Source: Flavobacteriales bacterium
GTDB lineage: Bacteria; Bacteroidota; Bacteroidia; Flavobacteriales; BACL11
Assembly (NCBI GenBank): GCA_018695965.1
Contig: JABHQB010000049.1
Coordinates: 1 to 32,562 of the forward strand
Reading direction: 5' to 3'
DNA: 32,562 nucleotides
Notes under the pieces: model-generated
Told to the model about the DNA's origin: nothing
The model's input: only the letters and a program-made list of their open reading frames with translations
The model's database searches: none
In this document: piece after piece, positions 10,184-19,650 of the stretch
Numbering within the stretch: position 1 is the stretch's first letter
Layout of the letters: each line of letters begins with the position of its first letter
Made by a program: the position numbers and the translations under genes

Positions 10184-11629
10184 ATGATGTTTAAAAAAGA
10201 TCCGAAAGCTACTATTAAAAGAAAATATCAGCCAACAGAAAAGGCTCAAAAATTTTTAGATAAAGTTGAAAACCCAAAATATGATCGTGGAATGATCAGG
10301 GGTCTAAATAAGTTTATAGGCAACAAAGTTCCTGAAGAGATGCAAGGGTTTTATTCAGAAGAAGAATTACAAGCATTGGTTGACCTAAGAGATACTCCAA
10401 ATGATGTAGAAGCTCGAATGCCCGTAAAGATTACTAATCATTATTTTCAAATTGCAAAAAACAGTAAACCAATACAAACTTTGGTTAAAGCTAGTCCTGC
10501 AGAAACATATGACCTTGAAGGAGCTCCTGATCCTGGAAATCAGATGACTTATAGTCCATTAGAAGGTCTAATACATAAATATGAATTAGGACTTATATAT
10601 GTTGTTGATACTTGTTCAGCACATTGCCGTTTTTGCTACAGAGAAGAGTTAATAGCAAGAAAAGAAATTAGAAGAGAAGACGGTACAGTCTCGTCAAAAG
10701 GTACAGCTCAAATACCTGAACTAGTAGAATACATCTTAGAACACAACAGAATAGTAAAAGAAAATGGAGGAAAACATCCAGAAACAAATCGGGAAAAATT
10801 AAGAGAAATTTTAATGTCAGGAGGAGATCCAATGGTACTTCCTAATAAGAAATTAGCAGAATGGTTTTCTGCTTTAGCTGATTGTGGGATAGAGAATATA
10901 CGTTTAGGAACAAAAGAATTAGCTTTCTATCCAGATCGATTTGATTCAACATTTTTTAATATGATGGATGAATTTAATGATATATATCCTGAAGTACAAT
11001 TAAGACTAATGATTCATTTTAATCATCCTGATGAATTTCTTCAAAAGGATAAAAATGGAAATTACATTGATAATCCTGACGGAGGATTAGTGTGGATAAA
11101 AAATACTAAAAAAGCTGTTAAAGAATTAGCTAAACGACACTATATTACAGTTATAAATCAAGCTCCATTTATTAAGGGTATCAATCAAGACCCTCAAGCA
11201 ATTAGAATAATGCAGCGTGAATTAAAAAGGAATAACGTAAATAATCAGTACTTTTTCTGCGGACGTGATATTGTTGGACACAAAGCTTTTAATCTAAGTA
11301 TAGAAGACTCATGGAATCTGTTAAATGAGTCTCAAAAGGGTTTATCCGGAGTTGAATCAACTGCAAGACTATCGATCACTCATTATCTAGGAAAAACTGA
11401 AGTTGTAGCGGTAACTAATGAACCAATACCCGGAGTCCCTGGCACAGAAAATGGAGTAGTAATATTTAAATTATTACGTGGAGCTTTTGACGCTCCCTTA
11501 AAAGGGAAAGTAGCTATTGTAGGCAGAAACCCTGAGGCGATATGGTTTAGTGGATATGAAGATCGAGTTATTTATGATGAAGCAGGGTTATTTAAAAAAT
11601 CTATGCAAGATACAAGTAGTGTTAGTTAA
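10184..11629 (+). CDS. kamA: KamA-family radical-SAM / PLP-dependent amino acid 2,3-aminomutase (lysine 2,3-aminomutase-like; substrate unproven)
   Basis: The sequence is collinear with clostridial lysine 2,3-aminomutase. Shared blocks are EGLIHKYELGLIYVVDTCSAHCRFCYRE (CxxxCxxC cluster), LMSGGDPMVL, IHFNHPDEF, INQAPFIKGINQD, and YLGKTEV (candidate PLP lysine, compare GGGKTPV). I chose the ATG at 10184 rather than the TTG at 10145. Confidence 0.85.
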   Translation: MMFKKDPKATIKRKYQPTEKAQKFLDKVENPKYDRGMIRGLNKFIGNKVPEEMQGFYSEEELQALVDLRDTPNDVEARMPVKITNHYFQIAKNSKPIQTLVKASPAETYDLEGAPDPGNQMTYSPLEGLIHKYELGLIYVVDTCSAHCRFCYREELIARKEIRREDGTVSSKGTAQIPELVEYILEHNRIVKENGGKHPETNREKLREILMSGGDPMVLPNKKLAEWFSALADCGIENIRLGTKELAFYPDRFDSTFFNMMDEFNDIYPEVQLRLMIHFNHPDEFLQKDKNGNYIDNPDGGLVWIKNTKKAVKELAKRHYITVINQAPFIKGINQDPQAIRIMQRELKRNNVNNQYFFCGRDIVGHKAFNLSIEDSWNLLNESQKGLSGVESTARLSITHYLGKTEVVAVTNEPIPGVPGTENGVVIFKLLRGAFDAPLKGKVAIVGRNPEAIWFSGYEDRVIYDEAGLFKKSMQDTSSVS

Positions 11630-11686
11630 ACAACTCACAAATAAATCTGAAACATCTGCGAAGAGAGTAAATATTAATTATAGAAA

Positions 11687-12400
11687 ATGATCAATAAACA
11701 AGTTACTTCCTTAGTAGAATCGGTTTCCGATATATTTGATGGAGCAACTGTTATGATTGGAGGTTTTGGTGAAGCTGGCAGTCCAATTGAATTAATTCAT
11801 GCACTAATTGATAATGGAGCTAAAAATTTAACAGTTGTTAGTAATAACACTGGTAGCGGACATGTTGGATTAGCTGCGCTTATTGAGAACAAACAAGTAA
11901 AAAAAATGATCTGTTCGTTCCCAAGAACAGCAAATTCTATGGTGTTTCCTGAACTTTACAGGGATGGAAAAATAGAGTTAGAATTAGTACCGCAAGGAAC
12001 TCTTGCCGAAAGAATAAGGGCGGGAGGAGCTGGTATTCCTGCTTTTTTTACTCCAACTTCAGTAAACACTCCTCTTGCTGTAGGGAAGGAAAGTAGAATA
12101 ATTAATGGAGTAGAAAATGTATTAGAGTACGCTATAAAAGCAGATTATTCTTTAGTAAAATGCCATAAAGCCGATAGATACGGTAATCTTATTTATCATG
12201 CAACAGCTCGTAATTTCGGACCAATCATGTGTTCTGCTGCAAATATTACAATTGTACAATCAAAACAAATTGTTGAGGCAGGAAAATTAAACCCAGAAGA
12301 AATAATTACTCCAGGAATTTTTGTAGAAAGAGTAATTGAAATTACTAATCCTGCACACGAATCGGAATTGGTGGAAAATCAAATGCGATACCCATGTTAG
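11687..12400 (+). CDS. 3-oxoacid (acetoacetate-type) CoA-transferase, subunit A
   Basis: DGATVMIGGFGEAGSPIELIHALIDNGAKNLTVVSNNTG is the family-I CoA-transferase alpha-subunit signature (ScoA/AtoD-like). Confidence 0.88.
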   Translation: MINKQVTSLVESVSDIFDGATVMIGGFGEAGSPIELIHALIDNGAKNLTVVSNNTGSGHVGLAALIENKQVKKMICSFPRTANSMVFPELYRDGKIELELVPQGTLAERIRAGGAGIPAFFTPTSVNTPLAVGKESRIINGVENVLEYAIKADYSLVKCHKADRYGNLIYHATARNFGPIMCSAANITIVQSKQIVEAGKLNPEEIITPGIFVERVIEITNPAHESELVENQMRYPC

Positions 12401-13068
12401 ACGAAAAAAAAATAGGTTGGAGCAGAGAAGAAATGGCTCAAAAGGTAGCTCTCGATATTCCTGAAGGGTCTTATGTGAATTTAGGAATTGGGATTCCTGA
12501 ATTAGTAGCCGACTTTGTTCCTGAAGACAGAGAAGTAATATACCAAACAGAAAATGGATTACTTGGTATGGGGAAAGTTCCTGCAAAAGAAGAGGAAGAT
12601 AGAGAGCTTGTAAATGCAGGAAAAAAATGTATCTCTGCAATTTCTGGAGCTAGTTATTTTCATCATGCCGATAGTTTTGCAATGATAAGAGGAGGTCATA
12701 TAGATATTTGTGTACTTGGAGCAATGCAAGTTTCAAAAAATGGGGATTTAGCAAATTGGAGTACTGGAAAAAAAGACGCTATCCCTGCTGTTGGTGGAGC
12801 TATGGATTTAGTAGCGGGAGTAAAAAGAATTTTTGTAATCACACAACACACAACCAAAAAAGGACTACCAAAAATTATCAATGATTGTGCATTCCCTTTA
12901 ACAGGGAAGAATGTTGTAGAAAGAATTTATACCAATCTTGCTATTATTGATGTAAAAGAAGATGGTTTATTTATTAAAGAATTATCTCCAAATATTGATT
13001 TTGATTTTGTGCAAAAACACACTGAAGCCACTTTACTTCAATACGGAAAAAATAATCCTTCATTATGA
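12394..13068 (+). CDS. 3-oxoacid CoA-transferase, subunit B
   Basis: VNLGIGIPELVA and QTENGLLGMG (catalytic Glu of the ENG motif) plus GAMDLVAG are ScoB/AtoA-like. The gene overlaps subunit A by 7 nt. Confidence 0.88.
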   Translation: MLDEKKIGWSREEMAQKVALDIPEGSYVNLGIGIPELVADFVPEDREVIYQTENGLLGMGKVPAKEEEDRELVNAGKKCISAISGASYFHHADSFAMIRGGHIDICVLGAMQVSKNGDLANWSTGKKDAIPAVGGAMDLVAGVKRIFVITQHTTKKGLPKIINDCAFPLTGKNVVERIYTNLAIIDVKEDGLFIKELSPNIDFDFVQKHTEATLLQYGKNNPSL

Positions 13069-14408
13069 ATACAAAGAGTAATCAATTAGGAAAGCAAAGT
13101 GAAAAGATTTATGATAGAGCCACCAAAGTATTAACAGGTGGAGTGAGCAGGAATACTATTTTCCGTAATCCTCATCCTTTCTATGTGTCAACTGCTAATG
13201 GAAGTTACATAACAGACGTTGATGGTTGCAAAAGAATTGATTTTGCAAACAATATGGCTTCTTTAATTCATGGGCATTCTCATCCTAAAATAATAGAAGC
13301 TGTTACTGATCAATTACAAAAAGGTTCAGCATTTACTATGGGTTCTGAATTAGAAGTTAAGTATGCCGAACTACTAAATAATCGCACAAAATCTTTTGAG
13401 AAAATTAGATTTATGAACTCTGGAACAGAGGCGGTAATGACAATGATAAAAGCATCTAGAGTTTATACAGGAAAACATAAGATTGCAAAAGCAGAGGGGA
13501 CTTATCATGGCACTTACGATTATGCTGAGATTAGCCAAACTTCAAATCCTACGAATTGGGGAACTATTGACAAGCCAAATCCTGTTCCTATTGTAGAAGA
13601 AACTCCTAAGGGAGTTTTAAATGACATGGTTATTTTCCCATATAACGATATTGAAAGAACTATTAAACTCTTAAATCAGAATGCTAATGAAATTGCTTGT
13701 GTATTAATTGATCTTGTACCACATAGAGTAGGTCTTATTCCTGCAACTAAAGAATATATTGATGCTATTTACAAATGGACAAGAGAGAATAATACAATTT
13801 TGGCTTTTGATGAGGTTGTAACTTACAGAGTAAATTATTCTGGAGCACAAGAAAATTATAATGTAGAACCAGATTTAACAGCTTTAGGGAAAATTATTGG
13901 AGGAGGTTTTCCTATTGGAGCATTAGCTGGGAAATCTGAAATTATGCAAGTACTTGACCCTACAGAAAAAAAAATAAGACATCCACATTCAGGGACCTTC
14001 TCTGCCAACCCTATCTCTATGACTGCTGGTTATACAGCAATGAAGATGTTTGACAAACAAGCTGTTTTAGACCTGAATAAACTAACCAAGATAGCAATAA
14101 AACAAATAGAGGAATCAATTAGTTTATCAGGAATACCTGCTTGTGTTACAGGAGATGGATCTATGTTCAGAGTGCATTTTAATAATAATAAACCAACAAC
14201 ATACAGAGAAGCCTACCAAGAAAAGGAGATAAAAACGATTATTAATGAATTACTTGATTATTTATTTTTAAAAGAAAATATCATCATGATAAATACTTGT
14301 GCTTGTATGTTTGCTACTACTCTCAATCAACAGCATGTTGACAGATTATCAGAAGCATTATTAAATGGTTTCCGAATAATAAAACCAAAACTGGAAAATA
14401 TTTCTTAA
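13065..14408 (+). CDS. Class-III (fold-type I) PLP aminotransferase, glutamate-1-semialdehyde 2,1-aminomutase-like
   Basis: LTGGVS..., FMNSGTEAVM, FDEVVTYRV, and PDLTALGKIIGGGFPIGALAGK (PLP Lys), plus GTFSANP. The backbone is HemL-like, but the HemL N-terminal GGVNSPVRAF block has diverged. The start overlaps the upstream stop (ATGA). Confidence 0.85.
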   Translation: MNTKSNQLGKQSEKIYDRATKVLTGGVSRNTIFRNPHPFYVSTANGSYITDVDGCKRIDFANNMASLIHGHSHPKIIEAVTDQLQKGSAFTMGSELEVKYAELLNNRTKSFEKIRFMNSGTEAVMTMIKASRVYTGKHKIAKAEGTYHGTYDYAEISQTSNPTNWGTIDKPNPVPIVEETPKGVLNDMVIFPYNDIERTIKLLNQNANEIACVLIDLVPHRVGLIPATKEYIDAIYKWTRENNTILAFDEVVTYRVNYSGAQENYNVEPDLTALGKIIGGGFPIGALAGKSEIMQVLDPTEKKIRHPHSGTFSANPISMTAGYTAMKMFDKQAVLDLNKLTKIAIKQIEESISLSGIPACVTGDGSMFRVHFNNNKPTTYREAYQEKEIKTIINELLDYLFLKENIIMINTCACMFATTLNQQHVDRLSEALLNGFRIIKPKLENIS

Positions 14409-14434
14409 TTAAAACTTTTTTGTAGAATAAAAAA

Positions 14435-14452
14435 AGCCGAGCATGCTCGGCT
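14435..14452. terminator. Bidirectional rho-independent terminator between the convergent aminotransferase and ftsZ genes
   Basis: Perfect palindrome AGCCGAGCATGCTCGGCT, preceded by an A-run and followed by TTT. It is a GC-rich island in AT-rich spacer DNA. Confidence 0.8.
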
Positions 14453-14482
14453 TTCAACAATCAATAAAAAGCAAATTTTCCT

Positions 14483-16183
14483 CTAATCTACATTATCGTG
14501 TAGAAAAGAATTGTTTTGCTTGAGTTGAACAACATTATCATCTCCCAAAGATAATGTTTGGCTTGAAATCTCAGAATCTGAAGAGTGAGGAGTATCTTCC
14601 AAATCTATTCCATTTCTTTTAAAAGCTGGCTCATCAATTAAATTTGTTAATCCTGATGGAGTTCGTAAAATATTAGAAATGTTCTTTAACTTTTCTTCTC
14701 TTTTTCTAGAAGTAATTTCATTTTCAGGCAAATCTTGGGAATTAATACTAACTCTTTCTCTCATTAAAGGAGCTTGTTCGGTTTCTTCCATATTAAAATG
14801 AAATGAAACTTCTTCTTGATTATCTTCTTCTTTTATTTCCTCTTTTTCTGAATCCAAATCTAATATAACTTCTTCTTCAACTTCATTGGTTTGTACAGTA
14901 TCGTCATCTAAAGACAAAATCACTCTTTCCTCTTCTTTCATCTCAGTTGTTTCTTCCTCTACTGAATCAGAAACAGTAGGTTCTATTAAGTTGTTTTCAT
15001 CTTCTTCAGTGTTCGATACAGCACCTTCTATTTCAGAGAAACTAATATCCATATTATCCTCAAAATCAAACATTGATTGCTGAGAGAAATCTTCTGTTAA
15101 TTTTTCTGTAGTTTCATCTTTTATTTTAGAATTTGAAGAAATAGTATCTAAGGTTTCGTCTTCTCCAATGCCAACTACCACCTCTTTTTGTTCTTCTTTT
15201 GCTTCAAAACCAGTTGCAATTACTGTAACAGAAAGTTTTGAACCTAATTCAGGATCTGTACCAACACCATTAATAATATTTACATTATTACCAGCTTGTT
15301 TCTGTATAGTATCCGTAATTAATTTCAATTCATTCATTGAGATTTCATCTTCTTCAGAATCTCCCGTTACAATTTTTAGTAATACATGTTTTGAGCCAAA
15401 TATATCATTATCATTTAAAAGTGGAGAATCTAATGCATTTTTTACAGCTTCCACTGCTCGATTTTCACCTTCTGCTTCCGCTTGTCCCATAATTGCAGTA
15501 CCACTTTTTTGTAATACTAATCTGGCATCTGACAAATCAATATTTACAGTTAAATGTTGAGTAATTACTTCCGCAATTCCTTTAGTAGCGATATTTAATA
15601 CCTCATTCGCTTTACTAAATGCTTTACTGAGTGTTAAATCACCATGAACTTCCAATAGCTTCTGATTATTAATAACTAAAAGTGTATCCACATGTTTTCT
15701 AAGTTCTTCTAAACCAGATTTAGCATGCTCATGTCTTCTGCCTCCTTCTGTTTCAAATGGCATAGTAACCACTCCAACAGTAAGAATACCTTTTTCATTA
15801 GCTGCTTTTGCAATTACAGGAGCTGCTCCAGTTCCGGTACCACCACCCATTCCAGCAGTAATAAAAAGCATATTAGTATTAGAATCCAAAAGTTCATTTA
15901 TCCTATCAATACTTTCAACAGCTGCTTGCATTCCAACTTCTGGATTAGAACCGGCTCCTAAACCATTAGTTAGATTTTCTCCTAATTGTATTTTTACCGG
16001 AATTGAACTAGCTTCTAATGCTTGCGTATCTGTGTTGCAGACAGCAAAATCTACTCCTTCAATTCCATTTTCATACATGTAATTAATTGCATTTCCACCT
16101 CCACCTCCAATACCGATAACTTTTATAACAGAAGACTGGTTTTTCGGGAGATTGAAATCAATTATGTTTTCATTTTCGCTCAT
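14483..16183 (-). CDS. ftsZ: Cell division GTPase FtsZ (566 aa, long acidic C-terminal linker)
   Basis: VIGIGGGGGNAINYM, the tubulin signature GMGGGTGTGAAPVIA, a C-terminal peptide IDEPAFKR, and a terminal NNSFLHDNVD. Confidence 0.97.
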   Translation of the reverse strand: MSENENIIDFNLPKNQSSVIKVIGIGGGGGNAINYMYENGIEGVDFAVCNTDTQALEASSIPVKIQLGENLTNGLGAGSNPEVGMQAAVESIDRINELLDSNTNMLFITAGMGGGTGTGAAPVIAKAANEKGILTVGVVTMPFETEGGRRHEHAKSGLEELRKHVDTLLVINNQKLLEVHGDLTLSKAFSKANEVLNIATKGIAEVITQHLTVNIDLSDARLVLQKSGTAIMGQAEAEGENRAVEAVKNALDSPLLNDNDIFGSKHVLLKIVTGDSEEDEISMNELKLITDTIQKQAGNNVNIINGVGTDPELGSKLSVTVIATGFEAKEEQKEVVVGIGEDETLDTISSNSKIKDETTEKLTEDFSQQSMFDFEDNMDISFSEIEGAVSNTEEDENNLIEPTVSDSVEEETTEMKEEERVILSLDDDTVQTNEVEEEVILDLDSEKEEIKEEDNQEEVSFHFNMEETEQAPLMRERVSINSQDLPENEITSRKREEKLKNISNILRTPSGLTNLIDEPAFKRNGIDLEDTPHSSDSEISSQTLSLGDDNVVQLKQNNSFLHDNVD

Positions 16184-16215
16184 AATTTATTGATTTTATT
16201 TGTTAATAATTTAGT

Positions 16216-17544
16216 TTAATTTATTTCTTCATCAGAGAACCAGTCCTCTAACATTTGTTTTAATTTTCCTCCTATTCCTGATTTTGGAGTAATTGGAGGT
16301 TCCTCAGGAAGTTCAAGATTATTAGAATCTGGACCTCCTCCTACAACCTTTTCCCAATCTACATTTTCAAATCCTTTCTGAACTAATCCAACACCTGTTG
16401 CGTAAATTGGGCTCTTTATTAGATCTTTCGAACCTTTTCCTAAATGTTCATTTGGCAACCCAATCCGAACCTCTTTTCCAGTTATATAAGAAAATAATTG
16501 GGGCAGATTTCTTAATTGAGAGCCACCTCCAGTTATTACAATTCCTGTCATTAGTTTATCAAAATACCCAGAAGATTTTATCTGATAATTTACTAGATCT
16601 ATTATTTCTTTCATTCTTGATTCTATTACAGCAGATAAGTTTTTAACCGAAACTTCTTTTGGATCGTTCGTTCTTAATCCAGGAATAGAAACTATTACAT
16701 TCTCCTTTGTAGAAGATGACATAGCAGACCCAAATTTTATTTTTAGCATTTCTGCTTGTTTTTCTAAAATCTGAATTCCTTGTTTTATATCTTTAGTAAT
16801 TACATTTCCTCCAAAAGGGATGACAGCAGTATGTCGGATAATTCCGTCTAAAAATATAGCAATGTCAGTTGTTCCACCACCTATATCTACCAGACAAACT
16901 CCTTCTTGTAATTCATCATTATCCAAAACTGCTTCAGCTGAGGCGAACGGTTCTAAAATTAAATCTCTTGGTTTTAATCCTGCTTTTGTTACACATCTGA
17001 TTATATTTTTTACAGCAGCACTCTTAGCTGTAATAATATGGAAGTTCGCTTCTATATGTACTCCAGCCATTCCCTTAGGATCCTGAATAAAGTCTTCTCC
17101 ATCAACCGTATACTCCTGTGGAATTACATGAATAACCTCTTCACCAGGAATAGTAACTAACTTAAACATATTACTATCTAATTTATCTAAATCCAAATTT
17201 GTAATTTCCTCATCAATATCATCACGAACCATCTCTCCTCTATGTTGTAGACTCTTTATATGCTGACCGGCAATACCAACATACACCTCATCAATTGTTA
17301 TTCCAGATTCTTTTTCAGCATCTTCTACAGCAATTTTTATCGAATCTACTGTTTTATCAATATTAGCCACAACTCCTCTGCTAACTCCATTCGAAACAGA
17401 TTTTCCTGTACCGAGTATTTCTAATTTACCATACTGATCCTTCTTACCAACTATTACGGTTATTTTTGTTGTTCCTATATCTAATCCTACTACAATTTCA
17501 GACTGAGTGTCAATATTCTCTGTTGTGTTTGTGTTATCTTTCAT
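16216..17544 (-). CDS. ftsA: Cell division protein FtsA
   Basis: Actin-fold motifs VGLDIGTTKITVIVG and LVDIGGGTTDIAIF, with a C-terminal amphipathic helix GGKLKQMLEDWF. Confidence 0.95.
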   Translation of the reverse strand: MKDNTNTTENIDTQSEIVVGLDIGTTKITVIVGKKDQYGKLEILGTGKSVSNGVSRGVVANIDKTVDSIKIAVEDAEKESGITIDEVYVGIAGQHIKSLQHRGEMVRDDIDEEITNLDLDKLDSNMFKLVTIPGEEVIHVIPQEYTVDGEDFIQDPKGMAGVHIEANFHIITAKSAAVKNIIRCVTKAGLKPRDLILEPFASAEAVLDNDELQEGVCLVDIGGGTTDIAIFLDGIIRHTAVIPFGGNVITKDIKQGIQILEKQAEMLKIKFGSAMSSSTKENVIVSIPGLRTNDPKEVSVKNLSAVIESRMKEIIDLVNYQIKSSGYFDKLMTGIVITGGGSQLRNLPQLFSYITGKEVRIGLPNEHLGKGSKDLIKSPIYATGVGLVQKGFENVDWEKVVGGGPDSNNLELPEEPPITPKSGIGGKLKQMLEDWFSDEEIN

Positions 17545-17548
17545 TTTT

Positions 17549-18292
17549 TTATTTTTTAATACAAACTATTTGATTTTTATATTTTAGGTTTAGTGCTTTA
17601 TATTCTTGATTCTGAGAATTTCCTTTCTCATAATATAATTTCAGTTTTTCAAACTTCTCTCCCACTTCTTTTATTTGTCCAAACTCTAATTGTTCTCCAA
17701 TTTGTGTAAGCATCAATAATTCAGAATCTTTATTAATATCAATTTGCACAATTTGTTTCTTCAAAAACTCATCTTTTATAATGATATTAGACAAATAATA
17801 TAAGTCATTCTCATTTACTAAGTTTACTTCTCCAGTAACTAATAACATTCTAGCAGTATATTCATTTGAAAGAGGCATTCGTAATCCATCTTCATCTAAA
17901 TAATAACCATCTTTCCCATTCTGAACTCGTACAATTGGTTTTCTTTGAACAACTGAAACAAACACCTTACCCTGCATGTCAGAATACACATTTGCAGACT
18001 TTATTGAAGGGTGATTTGCCAATAAAGATTCAATATTCTTAAATGAAACATCATTCATCTTTATAGAATCTGGATGTAAGTTATTATCTAATAAATAATC
18101 ATTTATCACATCATTTGTAACAAATGCATTTCCAAATTTCATCATTCTTTCCAAATAACTCATTCCATTATCAATATTTATGTCTGTTAGCTTACAGTAA
18201 TTTTCCTTATTATTTTCCCCTGCAAAATAAATCATAAATCCTAGTACTGAAATCGCTACTACAAACCTTATTAAATTGAACATACCTTTCAT
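17549..18292 (-). CDS. ftsQ: Cell division protein FtsQ (single TM plus POTRA)
   Basis: An N-terminal TM helix (IRFVVAISVLGFMIYFAG), a size of about 245 aa, and a position between murC and ftsA. Confidence 0.75.
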   Translation of the reverse strand: MKGMFNLIRFVVAISVLGFMIYFAGENNKENYCKLTDINIDNGMSYLERMMKFGNAFVTNDVINDYLLDNNLHPDSIKMNDVSFKNIESLLANHPSIKSANVYSDMQGKVFVSVVQRKPIVRVQNGKDGYYLDEDGLRMPLSNEYTARMLLVTGEVNLVNENDLYYLSNIIIKDEFLKKQIVQIDINKDSELLMLTQIGEQLEFGQIKEVGEKFEKLKLYYEKGNSQNQEYKALNLKYKNQIVCIKK

Positions 18293-19650
18293 GATAATCT
18301 CAATCTTAATGGTTCAATAATTGTACTAATATCTCCTGCACCTAGAGTTAATAATACGTCAATTTCTTTATCTGCAATCTTTTCAACTACAGAATCAAGC
18401 GCGCTTAATTCCTTTTTTGTAGATGTACATTTATTAAGTAAAATTTGAGAACTTACTCCTTCAATTTCTTCTTCACGAGCTCCATATATATCTAATAAAA
18501 TTAATTCATCTGCTAGAGATAGAGAATTTGCAAACTCATTCATAAAATCTTTAGTTCTGCTATGCAAATGCGGCTGAAAGACTACTGTAATTTCTCTTTC
18601 AGGATACATCTGTTTTACCGCATTTATACTTTCCGTTACCTCTTTTGGATGATGTGCATAATCATCAATAAATACTAATTTGTCTGATGAAATATGAGTT
18701 TCAAATCTTCTTCTTATTCCCATAAAAGTATTTATTCCATCTACAATTTTGGAAGAATCTATTTCTAGTAAATTGGCAACAGAAACAGAAGCAACTGCAT
18801 TCAGAACATTATACACTCCTCCCATATTTAATCTCAAATCATCAAAAGTATTACCATTACATTCTACTTGAAATTTCATAGTATTTTTATCTGGAGAAAT
18901 ATAAGTTCCTTTACAATCTGAACTAATAGACAATCCATATTTTAATACTGAAATATCATCTCGATTTACAATAGATGTATCAATATTTTCTTCCAAAAAT
19001 AATGTTCCTCCACTTTTTATTTTATTTGTAAAATCAGAAAAAGCTGAAATCAATCTCTCTTTATTTTGATAGATATCTAGATGATCAGCATCTACAGAAG
19101 TTATTACCGCAACATCTGGGTTTAAGGTTAAAAATGATCTGTCAAATTCATCTGCTTCTACAACAACTACCGATTTTTCTGTTCCAAAAATCAGGTTAGA
19201 GTTATAATTTGTGCTTACACCACCCAAAAAAGCAGTACAATCCATTCCGGAATCATGTAGAATATGAGCAATCATTGTGGAAGTAGTGGTTTTACCGTGC
19301 GTTCCTGCTATGGCAATGGTAAAATGATCTTCTGTAATTTTACCCAACACTTCCGATCTTTTCATTACAATATAATTGTTTTTAACGAAATAACTTAATT
19401 CGGTATTCTCAGATGGAATTGCTGGAGTATAAATGACTAGAGTATCTTCCTTTTGTACTGAAATCTGATTAGTGTCTTCTGTGTAATGAATCTTCATTCC
19501 TTCATTCTCTAACTCAATACATAAAGAGGATTTTACTCTGTCGTATCCAAAAATATTTACATTTTTATTGTTGAAATATCTGGCAATGGCACTCATACCA
19601 ATACCTCCAATTCCAACAAAATAAATATTTTTATATTCCTTCAATTTCAT
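18289..19650 (-). CDS. murC: UDP-N-acetylmuramate--L-alanine ligase
   Basis: IYFVGIGGIGMSAIA and the Mur ligase P-loop IAGTHGKTTTSTM. Position in the dcw cluster supports the call. Confidence 0.93.
   Translation of the reverse strand: MKLKEYKNIYFVGIGGIGMSAIARYFNNKNVNIFGYDRVKSSLCIELENEGMKIHYTEDTNQISVQKEDTLVIYTPAIPSENTELSYFVKNNYIVMKRSEVLGKITEDHFTIAIAGTHGKTTTSTMIAHILHDSGMDCTAFLGGVSTNYNSNLIFGTEKSVVVVEADEFDRSFLTLNPDVAVITSVDADHLDIYQNKERLISAFSDFTNKIKSGGTLFLEENIDTSIVNRDDISVLKYGLSISSDCKGTYISPDKNTMKFQVECNGNTFDDLRLNMGGVYNVLNAVASVSVANLLEIDSSKIVDGINTFMGIRRRFETHISSDKLVFIDDYAHHPKEVTESINAVKQMYPEREITVVFQPHLHSRTKDFMNEFANSLSLADELILLDIYGAREEEIEGVSSQILLNKCTSTKKELSALDSVVEKIADKEIDVLLTLGAGDISTIIEPLRLRLS

Noticed and set aside
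12287-12640. 117-aa minus-strand ORF spanning the CoA-transferase A/B junction
   Set aside because: It is antisense to two well-supported CoA-transferase genes. The translation is a Leu/Phe/Gln-rich sequence with no recognisable domain.
14886-16219. Plus-strand ORFs (65-130 aa) antisense to ftsZ
   Set aside because: They lie entirely within the FtsZ CDS. Their Ser-rich, low-complexity translations mirror the acidic linker codons (GAA/GAT read on the opposite strand give TTC/ATC). I found no motifs.
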